Shown here one piece after another: positions 42,190 to 52,438 of a stretch of DNA of 64,000 nucleotides. The position numbers were made by a program, and so were the translations under genes. Source of the DNA: an uncultured Chloroflexia bacterium (lineage in GTDB: Bacteria; Chloroflexota; Limnocylindria; Limnocylindrales; CSP1-4); NCBI GenBank assembly GCA_963713975.1, contig OY970218.1:3168001-3232000 (forward strand), written 5' to 3'. Positions within the stretch are counted from its first letter, which is position 1, and every line of letters starts with the position of its first letter. The notes beneath the pieces were generated by a model. It saw only the letters and a program-made list of their open reading frames with translations, searched no databases and was not told where the DNA came from.

Positions 42190-44535
42190 TCAGTAGCCGC
42201 GCGTGCGGCGCGACGGCCGCTGGCCCGTGCGCCTGCGGATGTTCGGAGTGACCGTCCGGTCCCAGGTCGGCCGATCCAGCCACCGGGCCTGCCAGCCACC
42301 GTCCTCGTCCTCGTGCTCATCCCGAATCCCGGGGAACAGCTCCGTGGCCGTTCCCGCGGGCCCATCGTCGCCGCCCGCAGGCTCCTCGCCCGCCTCGAGC
42401 ACCCTGACCTCGGTGACCTCGAATGCCGCCGCGTCGTCCGGCCGCCCGCCGCCGGGCCGATGGGCAGCCGCCCGCTCCTTGGCGGGCAAGAGGGCATCCT
42501 TGGCCGCCCGCTCCGCCGCGCGTGCCACGACCACCGATGCGTCCTGCTCCAGGACCCGCAGCCGGACCTGCTGGATCTCGTCCCGGATCGCCGCGGCCCG
42601 CTCGAACTCCAGCTGCTTCGCCGCGGCCTTCATCTCGGCCTCCATTCGCGCAACCAGGCGTTCCACCTCGGCCTTGTCGGCTGCGGCGAGCTGCTGGTCG
42701 CGCCGCTCGGACGTGTACATGACCGTGTTCTCGGCCACCGCGCGCAGCCGGTCGTTGATGTCGTGGATGCCCTTGATGATCGTGGTGGGCTCGATGCCGT
42801 GCTCCGCGTTGTAGCGCTCCTGGGCGCTGCGCCGGCGGTCCGTCTCCTCGATCGCCACCCGCATCGACTCGGTGACGGAGTCGGCGTACATGATCACCGT
42901 GCCGCCGGTGTTACGGGCCGCCCGTCCGATCATCTGGATCAGCGACCAGGCGCTGCGCAGGAACCCTTCCTTGTCCGCGTCGAGGATCGCCATCAGGGTG
43001 ACCTCGGGCAGGTCGAGGCCCTCGCGCAGGAGGTTGATGCCCACGAGGACGTCGTACACGCCCAGCCGCAGGTCCCGCAGGATCGCAACCCGCTCCAGGG
43101 TGTCCACCTCGCTGTGGAGGTACTGGACCTTGACGCCCAGCTCCTTGAGGTAGTCGGCGAGGTCCTCGGCCATCTTCTTGGTCAGGGTGGTGACCAGGGC
43201 GCGCTCGCCGCGCTCGACCCGGCTCCGGATCTCCTCGAGCAGGTCGTCGATCTGTCCCTCGGTGGGCCGCACGGTGATCGGCGGATCCACGATGCCGGTC
43301 GGGCGGATCAGCTGCTCGACGATCCGCTCACTCTTCTCGTGCTCGTATGGACCGGGCGTCGCGGAGACATAGACGGCCTGGTTGACGTGGACCTCGAACT
43401 CCTCGAAGGTCAGCGGCCGATTGTCCAGCGCGGACGGGAGGCGGAAGCCGAATTCGACCAGGATCTCCTTGCGGGTCCGGTCGTTCTTGTACATGCCCAC
43501 CACCTGGGGGATGGTCATGTGCGACTCGTCCACGATCAGCAGCCAGTCCGGCGGGAAGTAGTCCAGCAGCGTCCACGGCCGGGATCCGGGCTCCCGCTGC
43601 GAGAGATGGCGCGAGTAGTTCTCGACGCCCGAGCAGTAGCCGAGCTCACGGAGCATCTCGAGGTCGAAGGTGGTCCGCTGGCGAAGTCGAGCAGCCTCCA
43701 GGGCGCGGCCCTCGGCCTCCATCTGGCCGACCCTGAGCTCCATCTCGGCCTCGATGTCCGCCACCGCCTGACCCAGCTTGTCCCGGGGCGTCACGAAGTG
43801 GGTCGCAGGGAAGACGTTGAGCTCCTTGCGCTCCGCCAGAAGCTCCCCGGTGAGCGGGTCCAGCTCCGTGATCCGCTCCACCTCGTCGCCGAAGAACTCG
43901 ACGCGGACGACGATCTCGGAGCTGGCCGGGCCGATCTCCAGGGTGTCGCCGCGGACCCGGAACCGGGCGCGGGTGAGCGCGGCGTCGTTGCGCTGGTACT
44001 GAAGGTCGACCAGGTGGCGCAGGACGGCGTCGCGCCGGTACTGCCCGCCCACGCGCAGGCGGAGCACCGTCGCCCCGTAGTCCACGGGCGCCCCAAGGCC
44101 GTAGATGCACGAGACGGACGCGACGATGATGACGTCCCGCCGCTCGAACAGCGCGTGGGTGGCGGCGTGGCGCAGCCGGTCGATCTCCTCGTTCCGGCTG
44201 GAGTCCTTCTCGATGTACGTGTCCGACCGGGGCAGGTACGCCTCCGGCTGGTAGTAGTCGAAGTAGCTGACGAAGTACTCGACCGCGTTGTCCGGGAAGA
44301 ACTCCCGGAACTCGCTGTAGAGCTGGGCAGCCAGCGTCTTGTTGTGGGCCAGGACCAGCGTGGGCTTGTTGTGCCGCACGATCGTCTCGGCCATCGTGAA
44401 CGTCTTGCCCGACCCGGTCACGCCCAGCAGGGTCTGGTGCCGGAGGCCGCGCGCGAGCCCGTCCGTGAGGCGGTCGATCGCCTGCGGCTGGTCTCCGGTG
44501 GGCTCGAACGGCGCTACCAGGCGGAAGTCGGGCAC
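42190..44535 (-). CDS. uvrB: excinuclease ABC subunit B
   Basis: [44 protein letters not shown]. Confidence 0.98.
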   Translation of the reverse strand: MPDFRLVAPFEPTGDQPQAIDRLTDGLARGLRHQTLLGVTGSGKTFTMAETIVRHNKPTLVLAHNKTLAAQLYSEFREFFPDNAVEYFVSYFDYYQPEAYLPRSDTYIEKDSSRNEEIDRLRHAATHALFERRDVIIVASVSCIYGLGAPVDYGATVLRLRVGGQYRRDAVLRHLVDLQYQRNDAALTRARFRVRGDTLEIGPASSEIVVRVEFFGDEVERITELDPLTGELLAERKELNVFPATHFVTPRDKLGQAVADIEAEMELRVGQMEAEGRALEAARLRQRTTFDLEMLRELGYCSGVENYSRHLSQREPGSRPWTLLDYFPPDWLLIVDESHMTIPQVVGMYKNDRTRKEILVEFGFRLPSALDNRPLTFEEFEVHVNQAVYVSATPGPYEHEKSERIVEQLIRPTGIVDPPITVRPTEGQIDDLLEEIRSRVERGERALVTTLTKKMAEDLADYLKELGVKVQYLHSEVDTLERVAILRDLRLGVYDVLVGINLLREGLDLPEVTLMAILDADKEGFLRSAWSLIQMIGRAARNTGGTVIMYADSVTESMRVAIEETDRRRSAQERYNAEHGIEPTTIIKGIHDINDRLRAVAENTVMYTSERRDQQLAAADKAEVERLVARMEAEMKAAAKQLEFERAAAIRDEIQQVRLRVLEQDASVVVARAAERAAKDALLPAKERAAAHRPGGGRPDDAAAFEVTEVRVLEAGEEPAGGDDGPAGTATELFPGIRDEHEDEDGGWQARWLDRPTWDRTVTPNIRRRTGQRPSRRTRGY

Positions 44536-44567
44536 GCGCGGATGCTACCACGCAACACCGCTCCATA

Positions 44568-44583
44568 CCGAACATGTGTTCGG
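44568..44583. promoter_or_regulatory. LexA-type SOS box upstream of uvrB
   Basis: CCGAAC-atgt-GTTCGG upstream of a TAGCAT -10 (44547-44542). Confidence 0.85.
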
Positions 44584-44704
44584 CGGACTCTGCGCCCCGT
44601 ACCGAAGGGAGTGGCTGCACCGGGACGATCGACTCATGGCGTCGGGGGGCCACTGCTCCAAGACTGCAGAGACCCAGCATGTCCCGGAGCCCGACTGGCG
44701 CTTT

Positions 44705-45301
44705 ATGCCGATGACCCGATTCCCTGTCTCGCAGGCATTCGACCTGGGGCGGTGGCGAGCCCAGGTTGCCCGCCGTCGCGAGGATGGCCAGTCGCTCGTC
44801 GAGTTCGCTCTCGTGATGCCGATCTTCTTCCTGCTGGTCATGGGCCTGATCGAGTATGGCTTCCTGTACAACAACGTCCTCACCGTGCAGTTCGCCTCTC
44901 GCCAGGGAGTGAGCGCGGCGGCCCAGGTGGGCGCCGAGGATGGCGCGGACTGCACGATCCTCAAGGCCGTCGAGAGTGCGCTCACGGCGCCGATCGACAA
45001 GTCGCGGATCGACGAGGTCGAGGTGTTCGAGTCCGACGCCAACGGTGATGCCATCACCGGACGCGTCAATCGCTACCAGCGGGTCGGCACGCTCGACTGC
45101 CCCGGTTCCGTCAATCAGCCGTACACCCTCATCGGCGACGAGGGCTACCCGCAGATCGATCGGCGAGACTCGCTTGCCGATGGCCTGGACGTCGTCGGGG
45201 TCCGGATCGCGTACACCTACCAGGGGATCACACCGATCGGTTCCGGACGCAGCTGGACGGTGAGTGATGGGGCCACGCTGCGCATGGAGCCCAAGCAATG
45301 A
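44705..45301 (+). CDS. tadE: TadE-like pseudopilin
   Basis: EDGQSLVEFALVMPIFFLLVMGLIEYG...ASRQG prepilin motif; start uncertain. Confidence 0.85.
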   Translation: MPMTRFPVSQAFDLGRWRAQVARRREDGQSLVEFALVMPIFFLLVMGLIEYGFLYNNVLTVQFASRQGVSAAAQVGAEDGADCTILKAVESALTAPIDKSRIDEVEVFESDANGDAITGRVNRYQRVGTLDCPGSVNQPYTLIGDEGYPQIDRRDSLADGLDVVGVRIAYTYQGITPIGSGRSWTVSDGATLRMEPKQ

Positions 45302-45864
45302 GGGCCCTCCGGCGTGCGGATCAGACCCGCGAGGATGGCGCGCGCGGTCAGGCGCTGGTCGAGCTCGCGCTGGTGCTGCCCGTGTTCATGCTCATCCTGC
45401 TCGGCATGCTCGAGTACGGAGCGGCCATCGACCATCGCACGGCGATGGCGTACGCGGTGCGCGAGGGTGCGCGGGTGGGCGCCAGCCTGGGCAACGGCGG
45501 CTCGAGCCCCAACGGGGTCGACCCGATGATCGTGGCCGCTGTCCAGCGCGGACTGACCGACCCGATCCTGATCGAGAACATCGCCTCGATCGAGATCTTC
45601 AAGGCGAATGCATCCGGCCAGCCGATCGGGTCGTCGATCAACCGCTACGACCGCTACGGCAACCTGGTCGGATCAGCGGGATGGCCGGCGACGGCACGCG
45701 TGCCCGGGCTGGGAGGCGACTCGATCGGCGTTCGCGTCAGCTACGACTTCCACCCCGTCACGCCGCTCGCACCCTTCATGGGCATGATGTTCGGGACGGT
45801 CCCGCCGTACACGACCATCCCCATGACCGACCGCGCGGTGATGCGCCTGGAGCCGACCCCGTGA
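45298..45864 (+). CDS. tadE: TadE-like pseudopilin
   Basis: RGQALVELALVLPVF...AVREGAR. Confidence 0.87.
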   Translation: MRALRRADQTREDGARGQALVELALVLPVFMLILLGMLEYGAAIDHRTAMAYAVREGARVGASLGNGGSSPNGVDPMIVAAVQRGLTDPILIENIASIEIFKANASGQPIGSSINRYDRYGNLVGSAGWPATARVPGLGGDSIGVRVSYDFHPVTPLAPFMGMMFGTVPPYTTIPMTDRAVMRLEPTP

Positions 45865-47411
45865 TCCGGCGATCGTCATCGCGGGCCGCGGATCACCCGC
45901 AGAGCCGCGGCCAGGTCGTCGTGATGTTCGCGGCAGGCCTGCCCTTGTTCCTGATGGTGATGGCGATCGTCATCGACGTCGGCAGCCTGTGGAACGCCTC
46001 GATCCACGTCCAGCTCGCCGCGGAGGCCGCCGCGCTGGCCGGGGTGCCGTACATGCCCGGCGACTTCAGCACGGCGTCGTCGACCGCGCGGGCGGAGGCA
46101 GCGAAGAATGGATACGTGGTCGCGACCGGCACGACGGTCAACCCGAGGGTCAACGCCGAGTCGGACCGGCGCCTGGACGTCACCATCTCCAGGAACGTCG
46201 GGACCTACTTCCTCCGGCTGATCGGGATGAACACCGTCCAGGTGACCCGGACGGCGACGGCCGAGTACACGCTGCCCGTTCCGATGGGCAGCCCACTGAG
46301 CGTGTATGGCGACAACAGCGGCAAGTTCTGGGCCGCGGCCGAGTCGCAGGGGGCGAACCGCTCCTACGGAGACGCGTTCGGGACGTACTACAACCCCAGC
46401 CCGACCCTGAACAACCAGTACACCCCAGACGGCTACATGTATGCGATCGACGTCCCCGTCGGCGCGGGGGCGACCTCGATCGACCTGTACGACCCGACGT
46501 TCTGCGCCGTGGATGACCAGAAGGGGACCGGCGACCACTGGATCCCGTGGAACCAGTCCGGCTGGCCGGCCGTGTCGATCTACTACACCCTGTGGTCCGA
46601 CCCTGCCCAGACGCCGCTCGACTACAGCGACGACGTCCAGGTGGCCTCGAGTGGCAACCTGTTCGAGTCAAAGCGCCAGGTCGACAAGTCCACGACCTAC
46701 CGCGACACGGGCGCGAGTTGGTCGACGCCGTACAGCGGGTACGCGGCGCTCCCCGACTGCACCAGCGATGCCTACCACAACAAGTGGTGGACGCTGACCA
46801 CCGTGACGACGCCCGGCGCGTACCGGCTCCAGGTCAACATGACGAACCTCGCGAACCCGAATGACCAGAAGAACACGAGCGCGGAGAACATGTGGTCACT
46901 GCGCGCCGTTCCCACGAACGCCACCTACCGGCCGTTTGTCTACGGCCTCGGCAGGATGATCATCTACGCGAACGTCACCAACGGCACGACCCTCTTCTAC
47001 CTCGGCCGGATCGAGGCTGTCCATGCCGGCAAGACCATGGTCATCCAGCTGTTCGACCCGGGCGACGCCTCGGGCAACTCGTCGATCGAGATCCTCCAGC
47101 CGACGACGAGCGGGTACTCGCCCATCAAGTTCAGCTACACCGCCGATTCGAACGCCAGTGGGTCCAAGAAGGGCACCAACGTGAGCAGCATCAAGACGAC
47201 GATCAGCGGCTCGGCGCAGTACAACAACTCATGGGTGACCATCACCGTCCCGCTCCCAAAGACGTACGCGGCGCCACTGCCCCCCGGCGAGCCGGCAGGC
47301 ACGCTCGGTGGCTGGTGGAAGATCCGCTACACGTTCGACAGCACCACGACCGACACGACGACCTGGCAGGTGTCGATCCGGGGCAACCCGGTGCACCTCG
47401 TCCAGCCCTGA
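45861..47411 (+). CDS. tadG: TadG-like pilus assembly/tip protein
   Basis: RGQVVVMFA...VIDVG...QLAAEAAALAG, then a large beta-rich extracellular region. Confidence 0.82.
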   Translation: MIRRSSSRAADHPQSRGQVVVMFAAGLPLFLMVMAIVIDVGSLWNASIHVQLAAEAAALAGVPYMPGDFSTASSTARAEAAKNGYVVATGTTVNPRVNAESDRRLDVTISRNVGTYFLRLIGMNTVQVTRTATAEYTLPVPMGSPLSVYGDNSGKFWAAAESQGANRSYGDAFGTYYNPSPTLNNQYTPDGYMYAIDVPVGAGATSIDLYDPTFCAVDDQKGTGDHWIPWNQSGWPAVSIYYTLWSDPAQTPLDYSDDVQVASSGNLFESKRQVDKSTTYRDTGASWSTPYSGYAALPDCTSDAYHNKWWTLTTVTTPGAYRLQVNMTNLANPNDQKNTSAENMWSLRAVPTNATYRPFVYGLGRMIIYANVTNGTTLFYLGRIEAVHAGKTMVIQLFDPGDASGNSSIEILQPTTSGYSPIKFSYTADSNASGSKKGTNVSSIKTTISGSAQYNNSWVTITVPLPKTYAAPLPPGEPAGTLGGWWKIRYTFDSTTTDTTTWQVSIRGNPVHLVQP

Positions 47412-47575
47412 CACTCGCCGCGGCCGACTGTCTCGCTCCGCCGGTACTTTCGGTCGCTTGGCCGCAGGGCCGGTCGGTGCCGACAATCACCACGATCTCC
47501 CGGCGCAATCGACGTTCTACCCGGGCCTGCGCCTGGCCCGCCTGACCCCAGCGCGAACCCGAGGACAACACACGC

Positions 47576-48466
47576 ATGGAATTCGAATACGTGGACACGT
47601 CGCGCCGCCGAAGCAAGTTCGTCGTACTGGCCGGCGTGATCCTCGCGCTCGTCGCCGGCGGCGCCGCGTTCTTCCTGCTCACACAGGCCCGGCAACAGGC
47701 CGGCCAGGGGGACCTGCAGAAGGTCCCGATCGTGGTCGCGAAGGTGCAGATCGCGGCCCGCAAGCCGATCACCGAGGAGGACGTCATGGTGCGGGAGGTG
47801 CCGCTCGACGACACCAACAGCCAGGGGACGTTCGCCGACGCGAGCAAGGTCATCGGCCTGATCCCGACGGTCGCGATCCTCGGCGGCCAGCCCGTCTACG
47901 CGAACTTCCTCGCGTCGACCGCCTCCGGAGGCCAGTTCTCGATCCTGGAGCCTGGCGCGACCGTCGGGCCCGACAGCGAGGCATGGCGGGCGATCTCGCT
48001 CACCGTCCCCGACGACCGCGCGGTCGGTGGCCTGATCAGAGCGGGTGACGTCGTGGACGTGTTCCTGACCGCTCCGGTCACCGTCCCCGAGGACCTCGCA
48101 CTGGCCGGCCGGTACCTGTCGGACAAGTCGACCAAGATCACCTACCAGAACATCCCGATCCTGGAGCGCGCGACGTCCTATTACGTGCTCAAGGTCCCGC
48201 TCGCTGTCGCCGAGGAGATCAGTCACCTCCAGGCTGTCGGGACGGCGTCGTTCAGCCTGGCGCTCCGCCCGATCGAGGACACGCGCATGGCTGACGCGTC
48301 GAAGCTGGGCGAGACGAGCAACCTCATCATCCAGCGGTACGGGCTGCCCGTGCCCGAGACCTGGCCGGCTGGAAAGGGACCGTTGCCGTCGACTGCACCG
48401 ACCTCGCCGTCACCATCTCCCTTGGCGTCGGGAGAGCCGGCAGCCTCCGCCTCCCCGACACCCTGA
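47576..48466 (+). CDS. cpaB: Flp pilus assembly protein CpaB/RcpC
   Basis: TM, SAF domain (VVAKVQIAARKPI), RAISLTV...VGGLIRAGDVVDV. Confidence 0.85.
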   Translation: MEFEYVDTSRRRSKFVVLAGVILALVAGGAAFFLLTQARQQAGQGDLQKVPIVVAKVQIAARKPITEEDVMVREVPLDDTNSQGTFADASKVIGLIPTVAILGGQPVYANFLASTASGGQFSILEPGATVGPDSEAWRAISLTVPDDRAVGGLIRAGDVVDVFLTAPVTVPEDLALAGRYLSDKSTKITYQNIPILERATSYYVLKVPLAVAEEISHLQAVGTASFSLALRPIEDTRMADASKLGETSNLIIQRYGLPVPETWPAGKGPLPSTAPTSPSPSPLASGEPAASASPTP

Positions 48467-48507
48467 CCTCCGGGAACCCGCCCGGCCGGGCGGCTAACGC
48501 TCCCCGC

Positions 48508-49122
48508 TCAGCGGGCGGCGGCAAGCGCCTCGTGGAGGGCCGCCGCGACCATCGCCCGTGTCTCCTCCACCCCGCCTGACGTGTCCAGCATGCGTGTGGC
48601 GGCCGGGCGCAGACGGTCCACCAGCCCCGCCTGGGCCGCCATCCGCTGGTCCGCCTCGTCCGGCGACGCGCCGCGGGCGATGAGCCGCTCCCGCTGGACG
48701 GCCGGATCGCAGGTCACGAGCCAGGTCTCGTCGCACATGGCCGCGAGGCCGCCCTCGACGAGCTTGATGGCCTCGATGGCGACCGCGGGCGCTCGGGTAG
48801 CCTCGGCGGTCTCGATCGCCGCCACGATCCGCGGACGGACCGCCGGATGGACGATCGCCTCGAGATCGCGCAATGCCCCCTGGTCCGAGAAGACGAGGCG
48901 GCCGAGCGCGGCGCGATCCACGGTCCCATCGGCGCCGGCGACCGCCGCCCCGAACCGGCGCAGGATGGCCTCGTGGACCGGCGTGCCGGGAGCGGACACC
49001 TCGCGCGCCACGAGGTCCGCGTCCACGAGCTGAGCACCGTGCTCTTCAAGCCACGCAGCGACCTGGGACTTGCCGCACCCGATGGGCCCGGTGATCCCGA
49101 TACGCACGGTCCCGACGATCAT
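48508..49122 (-). CDS. coaE: dephospho-CoA kinase
   Basis: IGITGPIGCGKS, DADLVAR, LEAIVHPAVR. Confidence 0.95.
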   Translation of the reverse strand: MIVGTVRIGITGPIGCGKSQVAAWLEEHGAQLVDADLVAREVSAPGTPVHEAILRRFGAAVAGADGTVDRAALGRLVFSDQGALRDLEAIVHPAVRPRIVAAIETAEATRAPAVAIEAIKLVEGGLAAMCDETWLVTCDPAVQRERLIARGASPDEADQRMAAQAGLVDRLRPAATRMLDTSGGVEETRAMVAAALHEALAAAR

Positions 49123-51200
49123 GGCGCCATCTCCTCCATCTCAAGCCAGGCGTCCTCGGCCTCCGCGAGCGCGCGGTCCACGTCGGCGAGCTCGCTGGTG
49201 ACGCGGCGCATCTCGACGAAGTTGGCGGCGACCGACGGCGTGCCCATCGCCAGCTCCAGCTGGGTCTTCCGAAGCCCAAGGCGGGCGAGCTCCGCGTCCA
49301 ACTGCTCGCTGCGCCGACGGTACGCATCCTTGGACAGCTTCGGGCGTTTCGGGCGGGGCGTCCTCGGGGCGGTCGGGCCGGCCGCAGCGGTCGTGCCGGC
49401 CGCCGCCGTGCCGGCCTGCAAAGCGTTCGGGGACGCTGCGCCCGCCGCCTTCCCGCGACGGGCCGCCGCAGGCTCCACGGTGGATCGCGAACCCCCGGCT
49501 GCGGGACGGCCGCGGTGCAGTCGGCGTTGGGCCTCGGCCTGCACCGTCCAGCCCTCGGTCACGGCCTGCCGCCACGCACGGTAGCCGCCGTCGAAGGGCA
49601 CGGCCAGGCCGTCGTCGACCACCCACAGGCGATCGCAGATCGTCTCCAGCAGCCGACGGTCGTGCGACACGACCAGGAGGGTCGCCGGGGCCTCCGCCAG
49701 GAAGGCTTCGATGGCCTCGCGGGCCGCGATGTCCAGGTGGTTGGTGGGCTCATCGAGGAGCAGCACGTTCGACGGCATGATGCCCAGCAGGGCCAGCTCC
49801 AGGCGGGACCGCTCGCCGCCGGAGAGCGACCTGACCTCCTTGAACACGTCGTCCCCGCGAAACAGGAAGCGGGCGAGGTAGCCACGCGCCTCGCCGGCCG
49901 TGACCGGGATGACCTCCAGCAGCGCGTCGAGCACCGTGGCTCCCGGGATGGCCGCGTCGCGCAGCTGGGCGAGGTAGCCGGGCTGGACCTGGTGCCCGAA
50001 GGCCACGATCCCGTCCAGCGGTGGCAGGTCGGCGGCGATCGTCCGCAGCAGCGTGGTCTTGCCGGCACCGTTTGGGCCGACGATGCCGATGCGCTCGCCG
50101 CGCTGCGCGGCGAGGAACGGTGCGCGGGCGACGATCACGGGCTCGGGGGCATCGGTGCCGTCAGGGAGGAGCGCCCCGCGCCCCGGCAGGTACCCGACGG
50201 CGAGGTCCTCGAGGCGGATCACCATCTCGCCGGACCGGACGGGACCGCCCGCCAGCGCGCTGCCGTGGAGGCGGAGGGAGCGGGACGACTTCCGCGGTGC
50301 CTCCAGCCGATCCTCGCGCAGCCGCTCCAGGCGCGCCTCGTGCTCGTGCATCTTTGTGTGCTTGCGCTGGCTGCGGTAGCGCTGGACGAGCTCGACCTCG
50401 CGCTCGATCTGGGCGGCCTGGCTCTCGGCGTCCTTCTCGGCCCGGGCATCCCGCTCCAGACGCTGCCGGTGGTAGGCGCTGTAGTCGCCGCGGAACACCG
50501 TGAGGCGACGATCGCGGAGCTCCCACACCCTTGTCACCGTCGCGTCGAGGAAGGCGCGGTCGTGGGAGGCGACCAGCAGCGCGCCCGAGCGTCGCCGGAG
50601 GTGCTCCTCCAGCCACTCGATGGCGCCGATGTCAAGGTGATTGGTCGGCTCGTCGAGCATCAGCAGGTCCGGGTCCGCGATGACCAGGCGTGCGAGGGCC
50701 GCCCGGGTCTGCTGGCCACCGGACAGGGCCGTCGGGGGGCGGAGCCACTCGTCGCGGCCGAACCCCAGTCCCGAGAGAGCCTCGTCCACGCGCTGGTCCA
50801 GCGTGTAGCCGCCCAGGATGTCGAACCGGTGCTGGAGGTCCGCGTAGCGGGTGCCGGCCGCGTGCCCGTCGTGCTCGAGCCGCTCCAGCTCCAGCGCCAT
50901 CCGCTCGAGATGCGCGGCCCCGTGGCGGATCGCGGCCCGCAGGTCCGGAGAGGCCATGAAGGCCTCGTCGAAGTGCGACTCCTGGCCCAGGAGCCCGAAC
51001 GTCAGGTGGCGGCGGCGCGTGACCGTGCCGCGGTCCGCCTCGTCGTGCCCGGCGACGATCCGGAGCAGCGTGGTCTTGCCGGCACCGTTGGGACCCACGA
51101 GGCCCACCCGCTCGCCGGGGGCGATGGCGGCGTCGACGCGGTCGAGGATGACGAAGGTGCCGATCTCGCGCACGACGCCCTGGAGGCGCACGAGGCTCAT
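49119..51200 (-). CDS. ABC-F family ATPase
   Basis: two GPNGAGKTT/LSGG/DEPTNHLD cassettes, no TM, C-terminal coiled coil. Confidence 0.93.
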   Translation of the reverse strand: MSLVRLQGVVREIGTFVILDRVDAAIAPGERVGLVGPNGAGKTTLLRIVAGHDEADRGTVTRRRHLTFGLLGQESHFDEAFMASPDLRAAIRHGAAHLERMALELERLEHDGHAAGTRYADLQHRFDILGGYTLDQRVDEALSGLGFGRDEWLRPPTALSGGQQTRAALARLVIADPDLLMLDEPTNHLDIGAIEWLEEHLRRRSGALLVASHDRAFLDATVTRVWELRDRRLTVFRGDYSAYHRQRLERDARAEKDAESQAAQIEREVELVQRYRSQRKHTKMHEHEARLERLREDRLEAPRKSSRSLRLHGSALAGGPVRSGEMVIRLEDLAVGYLPGRGALLPDGTDAPEPVIVARAPFLAAQRGERIGIVGPNGAGKTTLLRTIAADLPPLDGIVAFGHQVQPGYLAQLRDAAIPGATVLDALLEVIPVTAGEARGYLARFLFRGDDVFKEVRSLSGGERSRLELALLGIMPSNVLLLDEPTNHLDIAAREAIEAFLAEAPATLLVVSHDRRLLETICDRLWVVDDGLAVPFDGGYRAWRQAVTEGWTVQAEAQRRLHRGRPAAGGSRSTVEPAAARRGKAAGAASPNALQAGTAAAGTTAAAGPTAPRTPRPKRPKLSKDAYRRRSEQLDAELARLGLRKTQLELAMGTPSVAANFVEMRRVTSELADVDRALAEAEDAWLEMEEMAP

Positions 51201-52330
51201 GCGCCTGGCTCCCCGCTGACGGCCGTTTCCGGGACCGTGGCTCCCGGGGCCGTGCCGTCGGCCGGCCCCATGGCCGTGCCGGCAACATCGCCCGCCCTCG
51301 CCGCGGCCCGGCGCGCAGTCGCAGCGGCCCTGGTGCGCGCCGAACGCTCGCGTGCCCTGGCTGCCTCGGCCCCAGTCCGGCCCAGCACGCCATCTCCGGC
51401 GAGCTCCACCCATCGCCGTCCCGCCCGTCCGGACGCGGCCCTCCCCGGACATGGCGTCATCGTCGCCAGGAGCTTCGCCGCGGCCGGACGCTCCGCCGCC
51501 GGCAGGCGCTGGCAGAACGAGCAGAAGTGCGTTGCCCGGATCCCGATCACGATCCGTCGGACCGGTCGTCCGCAGCGCGGGCACGGCTGCCCCGTGCGCT
51601 GGTAGACGTCGAGGCGCTCCTGCATCTCGCCGTCCCCGTCGGGTGCCGTGTAATCGTCGATGGAGCTGCCGCGTCGCTCCACGGCCTCGGCGAGGATGGC
51701 CACCGTGTTCGCGTAGAGGGCGCGCTCGTCGTGCGGATGCAGCGAGGCGGCGGACCGGAGCGGGTGCAGGCGGGACCGCCAGAGCGCCTCGTCCGCGTAG
51801 ATGTTGCCCACGCCGGCGATGAACGACTGGTCGACAAGCAGCGGCTTGAGGCGTGCGCGGCGACCACGGATCCGCGCCCGGAAGGCCCGCAGCTTGAATC
51901 GAGGATCGAGGGGCTCCGGGCCAAGGCCGTCGAACGGGTCGTCGTCGGCGGTGTACAGGCCCACCCGGCCGAACTTGCGGATGTCACGGAAGCGGATCTC
52001 GCGACCGTCCTCGAGCGCGATGGCCAGGCGCTCGTACGGGTCCACCGGGCTGGCGGCAGGCACCACGAACAGCTGCCCGGTCATCTTGAGGTGCACCGTG
52101 ACGAAGGCGCCGCCGTCGAGCGCCAGGATCAACTGCTTGCCGCGCCGGCCCACGTCCTCGATGCGGCGCCCGAGGATGCCGGCCGAGAACGAGCCCGGAT
52201 CCTCGTCGCGCAGCGTCCGCGGCCAGGCCACGCGGGTGCCGACGATCACCGGGCCGGGCCCGCCGCCCTCGGGCAGCAGGTGGCGCCGGAGGTCACGGGC
52301 GACGGTCTCGACCTCGGGTAGCTCAGGCAT
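51197..52330 (-). CDS. mutM: formamidopyrimidine-DNA glycosylase with C-terminal extension
   Basis: MPELPEVE, HLKMTG, GVGNIYADE, CPRC...FCSFCQ. Confidence 0.95.
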   Translation of the reverse strand: MPELPEVETVARDLRRHLLPEGGGPGPVIVGTRVAWPRTLRDEDPGSFSAGILGRRIEDVGRRGKQLILALDGGAFVTVHLKMTGQLFVVPAASPVDPYERLAIALEDGREIRFRDIRKFGRVGLYTADDDPFDGLGPEPLDPRFKLRAFRARIRGRRARLKPLLVDQSFIAGVGNIYADEALWRSRLHPLRSAASLHPHDERALYANTVAILAEAVERRGSSIDDYTAPDGDGEMQERLDVYQRTGQPCPRCGRPVRRIVIGIRATHFCSFCQRLPAAERPAAAKLLATMTPCPGRAASGRAGRRWVELAGDGVLGRTGAEAARARERSARTRAAATARRAAARAGDVAGTAMGPADGTAPGATVPETAVSGEPGA

Positions 52331-52343
52331 CGCCGCAGACGAT

Positions 52344-52382
52344 AGGGCACGTTCGCAGGGCACGTTCGCCGGGCACGGTCCG
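52344..52382. repeat. 13-bp direct repeats in the mutM/MFS divergent promoter region
   Basis: agggcacgttcgc agggcacgttcgc cgggcacggtccg. Confidence 0.7.
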
Positions 52383-52438
52383 CCGGCCCTCGAGGCGCGC
52401 CTCGCGGCGCCCCGACCTCAGGCACCATTGGGGGGCCC

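Noticed and set aside
44590-44704. c-di-GMP or other riboswitch before the tad genes
   Set aside because: A gtcggg/cccgac pair exists but no recognisable aptamer consensus
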